Of a stretch of 64,000 nt of DNA, positions 38,442 through 51,900 are shown one piece after another. The translations under genes were made by a program, and so were the position numbers. This DNA comes from Hormiphora californensis (Eukaryota; Animalia; Ctenophora), in NCBI GenBank assembly GCA_020137815.1, contig CM035359.1, positions 1,302,001 through 1,366,000 on the forward strand. Direction: 5' to 3'. The notes below the pieces were generated by a model. It ran no database searches. It was not told where the DNA came from and saw only the letters and a program-made list of their open reading frames with translations. Every line of letters begins with the position of its first letter. The stretch's first letter is position 1.

Positions 38442-39946
38442 ACAAATTAAAAACAACAGAAGTTTTTTTTTAAAGGTCTATCTATCTATCTATATATATA
38501 CCTATCGCCACACTGAATTTTCTGTTTTGGGGGTGGTGTCATAATTTGCGACCGGAATGAGCTAGCTACTTCAAATTTTTACCGTCAGTAGAGGTCTATG
38601 TGAAGCTTCTTAGTACCAAATTTCAGCCTCCTAGCTCATCTGGTTCCGGAGTTAGGAGGGGTCGAAAAGTGCCAAAATGGGCTTAAACTTCAAAATTGTT
38701 ATATCTACGCTGTTGGCAAGCGGGCCCACTTTTTCAGGAAAAGTTTTTGGGGGGATGGGATGGGGCCACCTTTGCGCTTGCCAGCGCAGTGATAAAACCA
38801 AGCAAATTATGTCCTTCAGGAAGCTTAGGATTCCCAATGATAAGTTACGCTGCCACATCGGATATTCTAAGCAACACAGACCGGTTTTCTCTGTTTGCCA
38901 GAACGGTCCCATCAGATCTGTATCAATGCTGGGCTATCAAGGATATCGTGTTGTAAGTATTTTTTGTAAACGTTCCCACCCTTCTTATTTAGACGTGTTG
39001 AAAGCGTCTAATATGCATTATTCGTATCTAAATCAAATTGTTTCCATGTCTTGCGTCCTAATAACATTTCCCCCCCGTCCACAGGCATTATAAATGGTCC
39101 TTTGTCACTTTGCTCTTTTCTCCGGAGACATACGGGCAGGCGGGAGCCGAAGTGGTGCGGTCTCAGATCGAGGACAAGAAGTCTTGTGTGGACGTGTACG
39201 CAAGTGTGGTTTTGGATGACATGGAAGCTAATATCGAGGTACTATATTTCTCACCCAAACTACTTTCCTGATTATCAAAATTTAATTTTTAACTTAATAT
39301 TTAATATCAGTTCAGACTGTTCAGTTTCGAATCTGTCTACTAAAACAATTCAAGCTTGAATCAAGAATCAAGATGTTGTAATGACAATTAACTATAAAGT
39401 AGGTTTTGGCTGTTTTGAACACCCTCCATCACTCCCGTTTCAGACTCTCCGAATTGCGTTTGACCCCGTCGCAGCACCGTCCAATGCAAGTCGTCATCTC
39501 CACGCGAGAGTGGTTGTCTTATTTGCGACCAAAGACTATGCAAGGCAGCTTATAGCAGCGGCTATCAAATTAAAAAGTAAGGGTCTTACAACTAGACTCT
39601 CAAGTTGTAAGGAACACTAATTAAAGTAATTGAGAGCAAAGTTATGATCATTGATCAATCATCATTATAGTCATTACCAAACTTTATTTATTCCAGGTAT
39701 GAGGGATGAAACGTTTTTCAATGGTGTTACGTGGATAGCTCCTGATTCGTGGAGCAGCAACTCAGAACTTATTGAACAGATAGGGAAAAATAAACTAGGT
39801 CACTTCATTGGTATCACTCCTACATCTAATACGCTAGAAGGATTTAAGCAACATTTAACGTAATTAATGATAATAATTGGAGCGTTAATAATAATAATTG
39901 GAGCGTCTTTTGTGCAATAATTGACCAACGTTTGGCAAACTTGCAT

Positions 39947-39981
<35 letters not shown>

Positions 39982-42900
39982 GAGATTTATATACACGCTT
40001 ATACCCTACACAACCAAGATACAAATTAAAATCTATACCCTGCCTGCAGAGCTTCAAAGCGGTTCACCACTCGAATATAAAACTAAGTAGTAATAATTGC
40101 CAATGTCCAAAAGAAAGTCCAATTCAATAGTCTGCTACTGTTCCAAAACTACAAATACCAGTCCACTGCTAGGTTTACCACCTAGAAAACTCTCAACTCG
40201 ACTGCACACGCTAAACACTACAAGACAGTCACACTCACTCCTCATCTTCCCCATCTACCACCTTTCCTCCCCTGATGTAGAAAGTCTTGTCTGGGAACCG
40301 CATCCTCTGAACCTTTAACTCCTCCACGAGTACCCGCCTCGCTGCTCTCTCCTCAGGGGTCCTATCAGGTGCCAGATAAAACCCTTTGAATTTCTCAGAT
40401 TTCCTCAGACGTTCTTTGTTCTCCAACACAAACTTCCTGGTATCCCTGTTCTTAAACACCAGTTTCACAGGTCTGTTTCTCCCCTCAACATACCTACCTA
40501 GTCTGTAGTACGACCTTATTTCCCTCATTTCAACATCCCAGTTCTTCATCACGTGGAACATCTCCCCCCACAGGTCACAATCCTCCTCTTCCTTACTATC
40601 AACTAACCCATAACCAACCAGATTACATAACTTGTCCTCTGAAGCAGTGGTTATCGCTGTCCGGATACGTTGAGGGGCAAGGGCAGTTTCACACTCTTTC
40701 TCCAGAACCGATGCAAAAGATTTTATCTCCTGTTCAGCGGTAGACTGTACAGCGGAGATCTCTTCATCTCTTTTCTCCAGCAACTGGCACTGTAGCTTAA
40801 CAAGTCGATCCTGGGCCTCCACTAATGATCTCTGTCCTGCTATCAACTCCTCTTGAGACTGCATAATTCTCCTCTCGCACTCCTCAACGTCACTGTACAA
40901 ATGGTTCAGGGCTGGGTAGCACCGATATACCAACAAGTTACATGCTTTCTCTGCAAAATCTTAGCAATCTTGCTCTTGCTCGGACACTTCACACTGTCCC
41001 AAACACTACCACTAGGCATCAGACTCCTCGGGAACGAATCCAATACACCAGCATGAGCAAACAACTCTCGTACCAGATCAAAAACCTCACATTTAACATC
41101 TCCATAAGTGTTCTTAGACACCTTTTCATCACTATTTACACGTAGCCGATCCTTAAAGCTGGAGCTAGATGCTGAGCTCATCAGGTGAGCACACGGTGAG
41201 ATAGATATCACACAGTTAGAGAGAACAGATCACGTATCAGAGATAAGGGAGCAGTAAAACTGTAACGAAAGCTGGAACAAGATAGATAAAACATAATTTG
41301 TTATAAGGGGGGGGGGGAATATTTCGGTTTCTTTTGAAAGGAAAATTAGAAAGCAAGTGTGTATATCACTCGATCTTCCCCATGTGATTTCAGGTCCTGA
41401 ATAAAAGTCCCAAAAAGATCTCATTTCTCAACAACCGGTGTGTTTAAACTGTAATTTTCGTTTCAGTGATCTAAACCCATCTTCATCAAAGTGGACAACG
41501 GCTAGTCCGTGGTTCAAAGAGTACTTCGACGTGTGTAATGGCGACATTACCGACTGTGGAAGTGAAACTTTCCACGGACAGGTATTGTACACATGTTTGG
41601 ATACTGCAATATATTGGGTGCCCCAGTCCCCTTCATAACTATGCCACAGCTAAACCTAGGTTCACCGCCCCTAGTTCGGGAAACTGTTAATTGCGATAAA
41701 TCAATGTTCCGATATTAAATTATTGAGGTTTCAATTTACTTTATCCCACAGAGTCCATTTGAGGAGCCAGTAGTGCTGGCAGTTGACGTTATCGCCCGGA
41801 CCCTTCACAACTACCTGGGTACTCGATATAACAGGTCAAATCTTGAGGAATGCTTTCGGGTAAGAGAGAGCAGGGATTGTGTGTGATTTTGTATGTTTGA
41901 TCCCAATGATTGAAAAAGATTGCAATTTGCTTGACCCTGTTTTCCCGCGGCTGCTAGGAAATGTAATTGACCACCGTTAATTTTAGCCCTCAGAGCCGCT
42001 GCATTGCCAGAGCTCGTCGGACAGCGATTTTTGTTCAGAAAACAAAAGCGGAGTGAAACCCCCTGAACTGTACTACCTCAAAAACTCAGACATTGGATCG
42101 TGTCTGTACGCCAACCTGACAAGTGGTATGTGCCAACGTTTACTGTATCACAATCTCATAACATATACATTTCTTTTTCTTTTTCGGGTGGCTACGACGA
42201 GCTTTGCGTGATGTGATATGTATGTGATTTCAAGTTAAGTTATTTTCAAAAAATATTGGTTAGCGAAATGCAATAAATGTGTTTAAACTTTAAACACTGT
42301 TAACATCCGTCAAATTATAACAAGCAAAATTATAATCTAGCATCAATAGCCTCCGTGGGTAGTTAAATGTGTTCATTATAGTACTAGTAACTCCCTTTTC
42401 AAGTTCATCAATATTTCCAACTTGGTCGAGTCTCTCTACAATAATCCACACTGTATCCCATCATTATAGGGCAGTATTTCCGATTTCCGTGTCCAACTCT
42501 GTCCCAGTATCACGACGTTCCCCCGCTCCCTCCATTGGAATCTCTGCGACGTTGTGGTCTTCTGTTTTGCCCTGCTGTTTTGGACAACAAAGCGCCATGA
42601 TCTTGTGAAAAGCTGTTGTAAATATCTGACTCGGACTGTATAGCAAAGGGTTTATAAACGAGTTGAGAGGGAGGATGTTGAGGGAGAAGACCTGGTACCA
42701 TGTGACATATCCACAACCTCAGCCGTGTGGAGGGCACAACAAATCAGGAAGGGCATCCAGCAGCAGAAATCTGTCAAGCAGATCAGAGTAACTTTGCGGC
42801 CGAGAGAAGATTTTCGGCTGCCCCTCACACTTTTTATAGGTACCCACTGCATCGTCACAGACACACCGCCACGCACACACAAAGAAAGGAATGAAAACTC

Positions 42901-45900
42901 AGGTAAGTCCATACATAAAACACCTGAGGATCATTGCGAGGACGAGCTTGAACATACAAGAGGATCATTACCGTAGAAGGACAGCTTCTTCCCAATCACT
43001 CGATCTATCACTGGAAAACATCTCGGATACCATGTTTTGGATGCCACTCCAAGATACCTCACTCCCAGTCATACTTTGCTTCGTGTTACGGGTACTATGG
43101 TAACCCCTAAAAACATCCAGCAATCGGTTCTTACTCATGACACCAATAAATAATGCTATGTGCTTCTCAAAGACAAGTCCATTCACAAACCACTTATCGA
43201 AGATGTCTACCAGGGGAATCATTGCTACTGCGACGGATGCCACTAAGACTGCAACTAACTGGAGAATCACTCTCCCTCTTAGCTTTCGAGAGACCTCATC
43301 TGACCCGCGATAGCGTAACGCCCTCAGGTTACCAGCCAACGGTAGCAACTAACCAATGCCATGACAAACGGACGACATTGTTGCCCCGACGGTGTTCAAA
43401 ACACCGATAACATACACGGAACTCCACTAATCCAGTCCACCTGACTTTCACAGAAATTCGAACCTATGTACCAGTGGAAGAAGGCAAACGTTAGCAGGTA
43501 TACGGAGTGAGGAGGTCAGCGAAAGAAATGCCAGTACCATTGATTTGTTGATGAACTCACCACTTTTCTTAGACTCCCTTACCTCACAAACACCTTGGAC
43601 ACGACAATAGCACCGAAAACAAGTCCTAAAACACCCATTATCACAGCTAACGCCAGGACACCATCGTTATAAACTGCTTTTCTTCTGCAACTGTCATTAC
43701 ACTCGTCTGAAAAGTCTATGCAATCAAACTTACCGTCACATTTTTGGTTGAGCGCAAGAAATGCTGACTTGTCAGAGCACTGGAAGTTGCTGGCACATCC
43801 CTCCTCGTCCGACCCATCTCCGCAATCGTCAACTAGGTCACACACCCTCTCAAACAAGATGCAGTCCGTGTTTTTACAGACAAAGAAGTTGTTGTGGTAG
43901 TTATCACCAGACTTTTGTGCGACGGTCAGGGTGTTTAACTGAAGGTTCAGTGAGTATATAATATGGTTGAGGTTTGAACATGTGCTTTGTAGGACTGGCG
44001 TCACTAAAGGACACCCCGCGTTGTGACAGAGTCCGGAGCAACTGTAGAACACGTAAGCCTCTCCGTACAAGTGTCTACAATCTCGTTTTACCCTCGGTAG
44101 AACCAGTTCGGTTGTAAGATTTTTACCGGAGAATGAATGAAATGGGTGGTTGAATTCAGTGGAGATCGCATTCTTTGCCTGATTGGATGAGAAGGTTGTC
44201 TAATCCTTTGGTGCACATGATATTCTTGTAAACCCGTCCCTTATGAGTTCTACTACTAAGAAGTTTCTGTGAAATCGCCACTCTTTTCCTACTAGCACGG
44301 CACACTCCTTCATCACACTTTTGGCTAAAGAAGCACAATAACGAACCCTCCACAAACTCGGCCTTGTCATCTTTACAAAGGAATACATCTGTGCATTTCT
44401 TAGGCATGTACTTGATCCGTTTCCTGGGGCCTTTACCGCACGTTTCCCAGTCATTCCTCTCATCGGATCCATCCAAACAATCGACAGCGCCATCTTGGAC
44501 CCACTCGGCAGGGATCCGCAATGCACCCTCCTTCAAGCTAAACCTCCGGATACACGTGGAATGGGTGAGCTTGGAGCACAAGCCACCCTTTTCATCAACC
44601 CCCATTGCACAATCATCCACCCCGTTACATAGTTGGTGTTTGTGGGTTGTACAACGGCGACTAATCGGTCGACACAATGTCTCGATACCATCATCGCAGA
44701 TGTTTGGGACATCATAATATACTTCATGACAGACAGCGTGGATGGAGACAGTGGACGGGAACCCCCCGATGAGGCACGAGCCTGCCACCATAGCAGGGTC
44801 CGTACAGTTGGTTTGGTCCATGAAGTCAGTGCAGTATGACTGAAAACGGAATCCCTCCGATTCTTTGAACATGTGGGTAAATGAGGGTAATGGCTTGAAG
44901 CATCTTGTCTTGCTGGTTAGGGGAAATATCCCCTTTACAGTTGAAAAGTGGGACATGCACCCCTCTCTAGTTGTCACATCTGCACTGGCCGGACCTAACC
45001 CATTAAAGGGGGCAAACAGGTACCTAGCTGTTAGAACATCCCACAAAACGCTCCCATACTCATGTCCATTACAATCCCGTTCATCAACACAAGTAAGAAA
45101 CTCAGTTTGGGAGGAGGACACCCACCAACCCTCACTACCCCCCACAGTAATATAATCACAAACACCATCACAAACCCCTCCCTCCTTTACCCACAATTCA
45201 AGAACTCTTGCTCCCGAGCCCAGAGGAACGGTAATTTTAGTCTGCAGAGCACGATCTGCAGCTGTACTGCTGCACACCTGGGAGGAGGGGTTTAGTTTGT
45301 ACAAACGGGTCGTCACATCGTAACAGATTGCCCCACAGACTGGATTAGTGGGGAAGATGTTCAGTTTCGCCCCGACTCGACCCCAATCCCCGCATGCTTG
45401 GTACTGCGCTGGATCGTGGGGACACAGCTTGTCGACAAACACCGTAACTGTTCGTGTGGCGATATTAACGATATGATGCTTGTAGTATGTCGTGTTGGGA
45501 GAGGTGGTGCAGGTCATCTTCATGGAGCCGTCCGGGTTGAAAGTGGAACAGCTCCGGACCAAGAATCCATTTTCAGCGATGATAGGACACTGGCCATCCT
45601 CCTCAGCAGCCGCGGTAGGAAGGGTGAGAATTATACCAAGAGCAAGGTATATCATTTTACAAAGTAAAAGTAAACTTGATTGTGGCTGATGGAGTGAAGC
45701 AAGGGTAAATATAATTCTATATAGAACAACAAAGAAGGGCAGGGACAACAAAAGGAATTGACTGCGTTGACACCACTAGCGTCATTGGACAGTGCTCTGT
45801 ACTTTGTTTCTTTAATTTTTACCGCCCTTTCGCTCATGTATAACAAATCAAAGGGGAACCAAGAGAAGGCTGCAAGTGCCAAAAACAGAAGAAACAATAG

Positions 45901-48900
45901 TTGTAACACCTCACCCTAGCTAAAGTTGGGTGTTAAAATGTTTTGTTTCTTTTTGACACAGAAGTCCCACTTTTAATTTCTCGAGTATTGTCTTGACTCG
46001 AGTCTTGGCCCTCGACCAAAGTTTTAGTATAATCTTTCAATTTCTATTGAAGAGTTTTCCGACCTATTCTGGATGATGTGCCAAAATAAAAAATAACAGC
46101 AATCCTAATATGTATCGGTATTATCCTAATCAGTATTATCCTAATCGGTAATTTGGTCTTTCCAGGAACGTACGAGACGACAACACGAGACTACGTTTCC
46201 TTCAACACAACCAACGGAGATTTCAAAGCCACGTATACCTTTATCACGTACCGATGAACAATCGTTTCCTAAAGTAATCCATTCGGTACGTGAATGGCAA
46301 CACGGAACATCGAATTCACGGTAATCCTACTTTTAAGGAATCAAAACCAATCGGCATTTGTATCAGTCGAGGACTATCGACCACGGATAAGGCAATCGTA
46401 CCATCGGTAATCCTAATGGTACCAAGGATCATTAGTAATTGGTTTCAGGAACTAAGGACAGGACTCACGTTCTTCAACAAAAAGATTTAAGACTAACCTT
46501 TAGTACGATGAAATATTCCAAAGAATCCTTGTCACGAATGGAAACTGAATGGTCAGTCAATATTGGAGAAACCATCGTGTGTTGGGCAGTGAGGAGTCGT
46601 ACCCGGATCCCAAGGAAACCTGTGTGCAACAGAGTATCTGTGATAATGTGGAACGGCCGACAAGTAAAGACGTCGTGATTAGGACGGATGGGTTGATCAG
46701 GGACAGTATTGATTCGGTGGTTCCGATAAAAATGAGCTCAGGGTTCAGGTGAACAAATTTATTACGTCTACAAAAAATGTTAGACGTCGACGTGATGTCT
46801 GCCCCACGGCAGACTGTTTTATCAATGCAGAAAAGTCTTTTTGGGCAGAGTCCGTGATACCATACAACTCTTTCAACTGGTATCTGATCATTCTGGAAGG
46901 GCGAACCGTGTAAGGGCGATTATGAGGATGGTGATCTGTTAGATTCAGTTGTAGATTTCAGTAATTGTACGCGTGTTAGTTAAATATTTATTTTGCCAAA
47001 ATCCTGAATGAACTCGGACGTGACGCCCCCGCCAGATTATCTAAAAAGGAGTGATACAATCAGCTCGACATTCTGACGTACACCCCAGCGGGAGGTTTGT
47101 TTAATGCATTTGGCATTATCGGAATTGCGTACTATCATATTATTGTTGTTTTCATTAACACTCGTTAGAGTAACCAAAAAATTATAAATCTCAACACTAG
47201 CTCATAGGGTGGTGAATCTGCAATTCTGCTGATCACTATTACTTTTAGTCATTACGTTAGAACCAATTAATAAACGCTGTAGGACTCGTGATCAATGATT
47301 ATACGATCGTTAATCGCAACGTCACTCCTTGTTCCATTAGAGATAGAGATGTATTCCGTTGAACTAAAGGCAGAAGTTCCACGGATAGATCCATTTGTTT
47401 TCATTATAGTTGCACGTGCTATGGATTCGGTCTGTGGTGAGATTTTTAGTTCTTCATTTATCGTGGGAACTGGGATCTATTTCGGTAGAATTGATCCCTT
47501 TTTTTAGTAGATAAAAGTAAGGGAAGAATGATGTAACACTGCTACTTCAGATTGAGTGTTTTTCCCTGGAATAGAAAAATCCAAAAGCGAAAGTAAAAAA
47601 AGAACTAAAAGCTATTAATTGATCGTAGAACTTCAATCGAATTATATGACACAACCTTCCAAGAACAAGAACCTCCATATTATCTGAATTAGAAGTAGAA
47701 AAACTTCAATCGAACTATATGACATAACCTTCCAAGAACTTTCCAAGAACAAGAACCTCAATATCTGAATTAGAAGTAGAAAAACTTCAATCGAACTATA
47801 TGACATAACCTTCCAAGAACTTTCCATTGGATCTTGGAAAGTTTCCAAGAACAAGAACCTCCATATCTGAATTAGAAGTAGAAAAATATACAATTGTCAC
47901 ACCCGAATTTTAAAATTTTCAACTAAAATGGATAGACCGCAGCTCCTGCACTCATTCTATTCATGTTTTAGATAATTATATTCATATGTTTCAGGTCAAC
48001 ACCGATAGTGAAGGCCAGTAGTCGGGAGCTCTGTTTTGCAATGCTTTGCGGGGTGTTCCTGGGATTCCTGTCATCCCTCTTGAGTCTGGGGAAACCGACC
48101 GACAAAATATGCATGGTAATTGGTTTGTTGAGCCTCAAATCTGAAACTTGTTTATGTGGAAGGCGGTGTATTTTTATTAACCTCCAGCATTTCAGGCACA
48201 TTTGTGTTTTGGCTGTATGTTTGGGTCTCTTACCATTATCCCATTGTTCCTTAAGGTCACCCGAGTTTTCTATCTTTTCTTCCAGGTAAGACATTTCACA
48301 ATAATTACAGATAATAGAGATTCAGATTTGAATGTACAATCGGACCCTTTCCCCCGAGCATCCCAGTAAATCGGGGTCCAGCTGTATCATGGGTGTATCA
48401 TGATGGTTCGTTTGATGGAATTAGGGGTATCATCTAACCTTAGTATCTCGATCTGGTTGCTTTTTAGTGCAGTACTTATCCCTGGGGGGTTTGGGTGGAA
48501 TATTAGTATAAATCAGGAACAGACCGAATCAGAAAGTACTGGTCCCTGATTGGATGATAACCAGTCACGTGACCTAAATAACGAGTTCTGATTGGTTGAT
48601 CCTGGTATCATAAATACGACTATTTTTCATTCCAGAGTAAGAAGAGCAATGGAAAACCGCCCAAGTACCTTCTACCGATTTGGCAGTGCTTGATTTGCTT
48701 CATACTTGTTACAACGCAAGTTACACTTCTCAGTATAGTGAGCGTATGGTTCCCCCTCAAAGCCATACCAACCTATCCGGCACGAATGTATGTTGTATTT
48801 ATATTGGCAGTCACTAGTTTAATTTTAAAGTTGATTTAGAAACTTCTCAATCCAAGCAGCAATTGGAATGAGAAAATGTGTAAAGTTTACAAGTTACAAC

Positions 48901-51900
48901 CCTTCCAAACACCTATTCATTAATTAATTAATTAAATTATCAATTAAATTATTAAACCCCCTCTCAGGCAGGTATTCATAGTGTGTCAAGGTGAGACTCA
49001 GATGAATACCATCATGGCCCTGGGTATACCATTGGGGTACATCATGTTCTTTATGGTCCTCTCCACGGCAATGAGTTACAGAGTCCGCAAATTACCCTCC
49101 AACTTCCAGGTGAATTGAAAGAAAAGTCTTTCTACTGCTACATATATAACTTAATTGGTTCATTAATCGAATTAAGACCAGAGGGAGTCCGCGAAATTGT
49201 CACTTTCGGTAGCTGGTCGAACAGGAAAACAAAATAATATCAATGACCATTATTACAACTAAAAGATCCTTGATTTTCCAAGACAACCTTACACTTCACC
49301 CATAGGAAGCGAAGTTTATCTGCCTGGCCCAGATTATTTCCTTTATCGAGTTGACGGCCTTTGTTCCCGCATACTTTACATCACGAGGTAACATGCTCAT
49401 TTTTTTCTTTTTCCTCCTTTTTGCTTTTAGCACTTAACAGTTCATTGGACTACTCGTAATTTTCACCTCCCTTTCTTACTGGCTACTCCATTTAAAATGA
49501 AGGGAATTGGAATACCAAGGCAAATCGCAAAATCTTGCATTGTTACAGGAATTTGGCAGACATTTTGTGTTGGTATGGCAACGCAAATATGTGCAACATC
49601 CATACTCGTGCTGATATACTTTAAGAAGGTCAACATAATCTTACTTTACCCCGAGAGAAACAAAGTTGTCCTCACCAAAGGATCACTAAAGGTAAGCCAT
49701 GCTATGTTCTAACCCTCCCTTTACATTTGTGATTAAGGGCGGGGCGCCCGAAACACAGTCTAGCCAGGCAAGGTATAGAACACTTTTGGTACACGGTCCT
49801 GGTACTTTGATCGCTCTAAAACCGGTTGTAAGATAAACGGAGCACTCTTCTGACTAACTAAAATACAGATCCAGAACTTCCGGAATTGACCTATGCTGCA
49901 CCCACCTAAAAAGACAAACATTTCTTGGCCTAAAAAATTCTCAGAATATTTTATTTATTAGATCATATATATCATAATGGCGGATTTGCCAACAGTTAAT
50001 CTTACTTGGCTCACACAGCATTACATAACTATTCGATTGATTCCTTTTTACTACTGCAATCTCCTAGATAGAAATACCTCTCTCACTCTTCCTCTTTCTC
50101 TCTCTCCCCCTCTCTTTCTTTCTGTTGAACGTCCTCTTTTTTGACAAATCTCTCCTTTTTTCTCCCAACATTTTTTAGTCGCCTGACAATTAATTCAACA
50201 ACATTTCACGTTTTTATTTTTCAAGAGCCCTTCTCCTGATGGGCGATGGCAGTGGTTCAGTGCGGGTTCAGTGCAGGATTGTGCAATATGGGAGATTATA
50301 GAATATAGACATATATTATAGAGTGCACTTTCCAGGAAAATATTCCCATTTATAAAATATAAAAAGGAATTTTTCAAACCACTCCTAACTCTTCTGCAGA
50401 CTTTATCCTTCTCGTGCGTTCCACGGAATAACTTTTCCGCAGACTTTATCTTTTTCGTGCTCTCCACGGAACAAATAGGCCAGCCCAATGCAGCTCTGAC
50501 AGTACTCTCATGACTTTTACAGGATATTGAGATGACAAGAGATGACAAACGGAAAGCCTATCTGAAATCGGAGGTCTGTCATATGTGTGGTCAAGTTTTG
50601 GGAGCCGGTCGGGGCTATCGGCTTACAGTTACCAACGATAATCAGGTAAGCGGGGGTCACGCACCTCGGGGTACCATGGCAACTGAATAGTGTACCGTGG
50701 TGATTGAATAGTGTACTGTGGTTACCATGGCAACTGAATAGTTTAGCATGGTTACCATGGTTACTGAATAGTGTACTGTGGTTACCATGGTAATTGAATA
50801 GTGTATCGTGGTAGTTCTGGGTAGTGTAGTTTATGAACACCTGGTGAATGCCATAGACATCTTATATAGCCCATAGCTCTTGGTCACAGCTTAGTTCATC
50901 ATTTAAATTGTTATCGGTGAGAGTAACCAACATTGTTTAGGCACCCATTACTTAAATGGTTATCAGTGAAAATTATTAACATTGTTTAGGCACCCCAAAA
51001 TGCGGGACACAAATGCTCCGTAAGTGAAAAATCGATCTTGAAAAGCTTTAAATTGCATGTTTAAAAAAAACAAACTAAATGTGTGTGACTATTTTGGGAT
51101 GTCCCACGCTATTATAACTGGCATGGTGCAATCTAGAATGTGCTGGTATCTGCACAATATGCTTTGTATTATAAGCTACATGTATTATATCTTAGCGCAT
51201 GCAGGCGTATATTGTTAGCTTGTCTTGCTGATATATGTTAGGACTTAGGAGTTGAACCCGAATTCAATGAATGAAATGCTACTTATGTATATACATATTA
51301 TAATGATTGGCTATAATTCCATCAACATTCCAATATTCCAGTTTACTGTTTAGTATATAAATAATTTACATAACTGCAACATCCAAGTGATTAATTAACT
51401 AATTCATTTTCAGATGATGTGCACGACTGACCCGAGTTGTAATAAACAGAATGGTAATCATTTAACTCTTCTAAACAAGGAGAAGAGTTCGTCAAGCCAA
51501 CTATCCTGTACTCCACTGATCCCCCTTTCCAAGGTAAAGTAGTAGACTAACCAGGAACCGACCGAATCAGAAAGTACTGGTTCCTGATTGGCTGATAACC
51601 AGTCACGTGACCTAAATAACGAGCTCTGATTGGCTGTTTACTTGTTTCGGTCGATTCCTCAGACTAACCATTGTTATATCATGGTACTTTTAATTTACTG
51701 CATGAGCGAACCCCGCGTGGAACCCCCGATTAGGTCGATTTGTTGATTACTTATCCGCCACTTTCCCATTCATGTTTTGATCACGTACCACGTGTACCTT
51801 AATTAACAGATCAGTGAAATAACCGACCCTGTCGGCCAACGGAAATGTCAACGTCTACAAAAACGAAGATCATCTTTCTTCGAAGTGGTCGAATCGATAT

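Noticed and set aside
46250-46700. Alternative genetic code (TGA read as Trp/Cys) to explain stops in the GPCR
   Set aside because: All clean exons in the window use TGG and TGY normally, and the same gene ends in TGA; frameshifts co-occur, favouring sequence error
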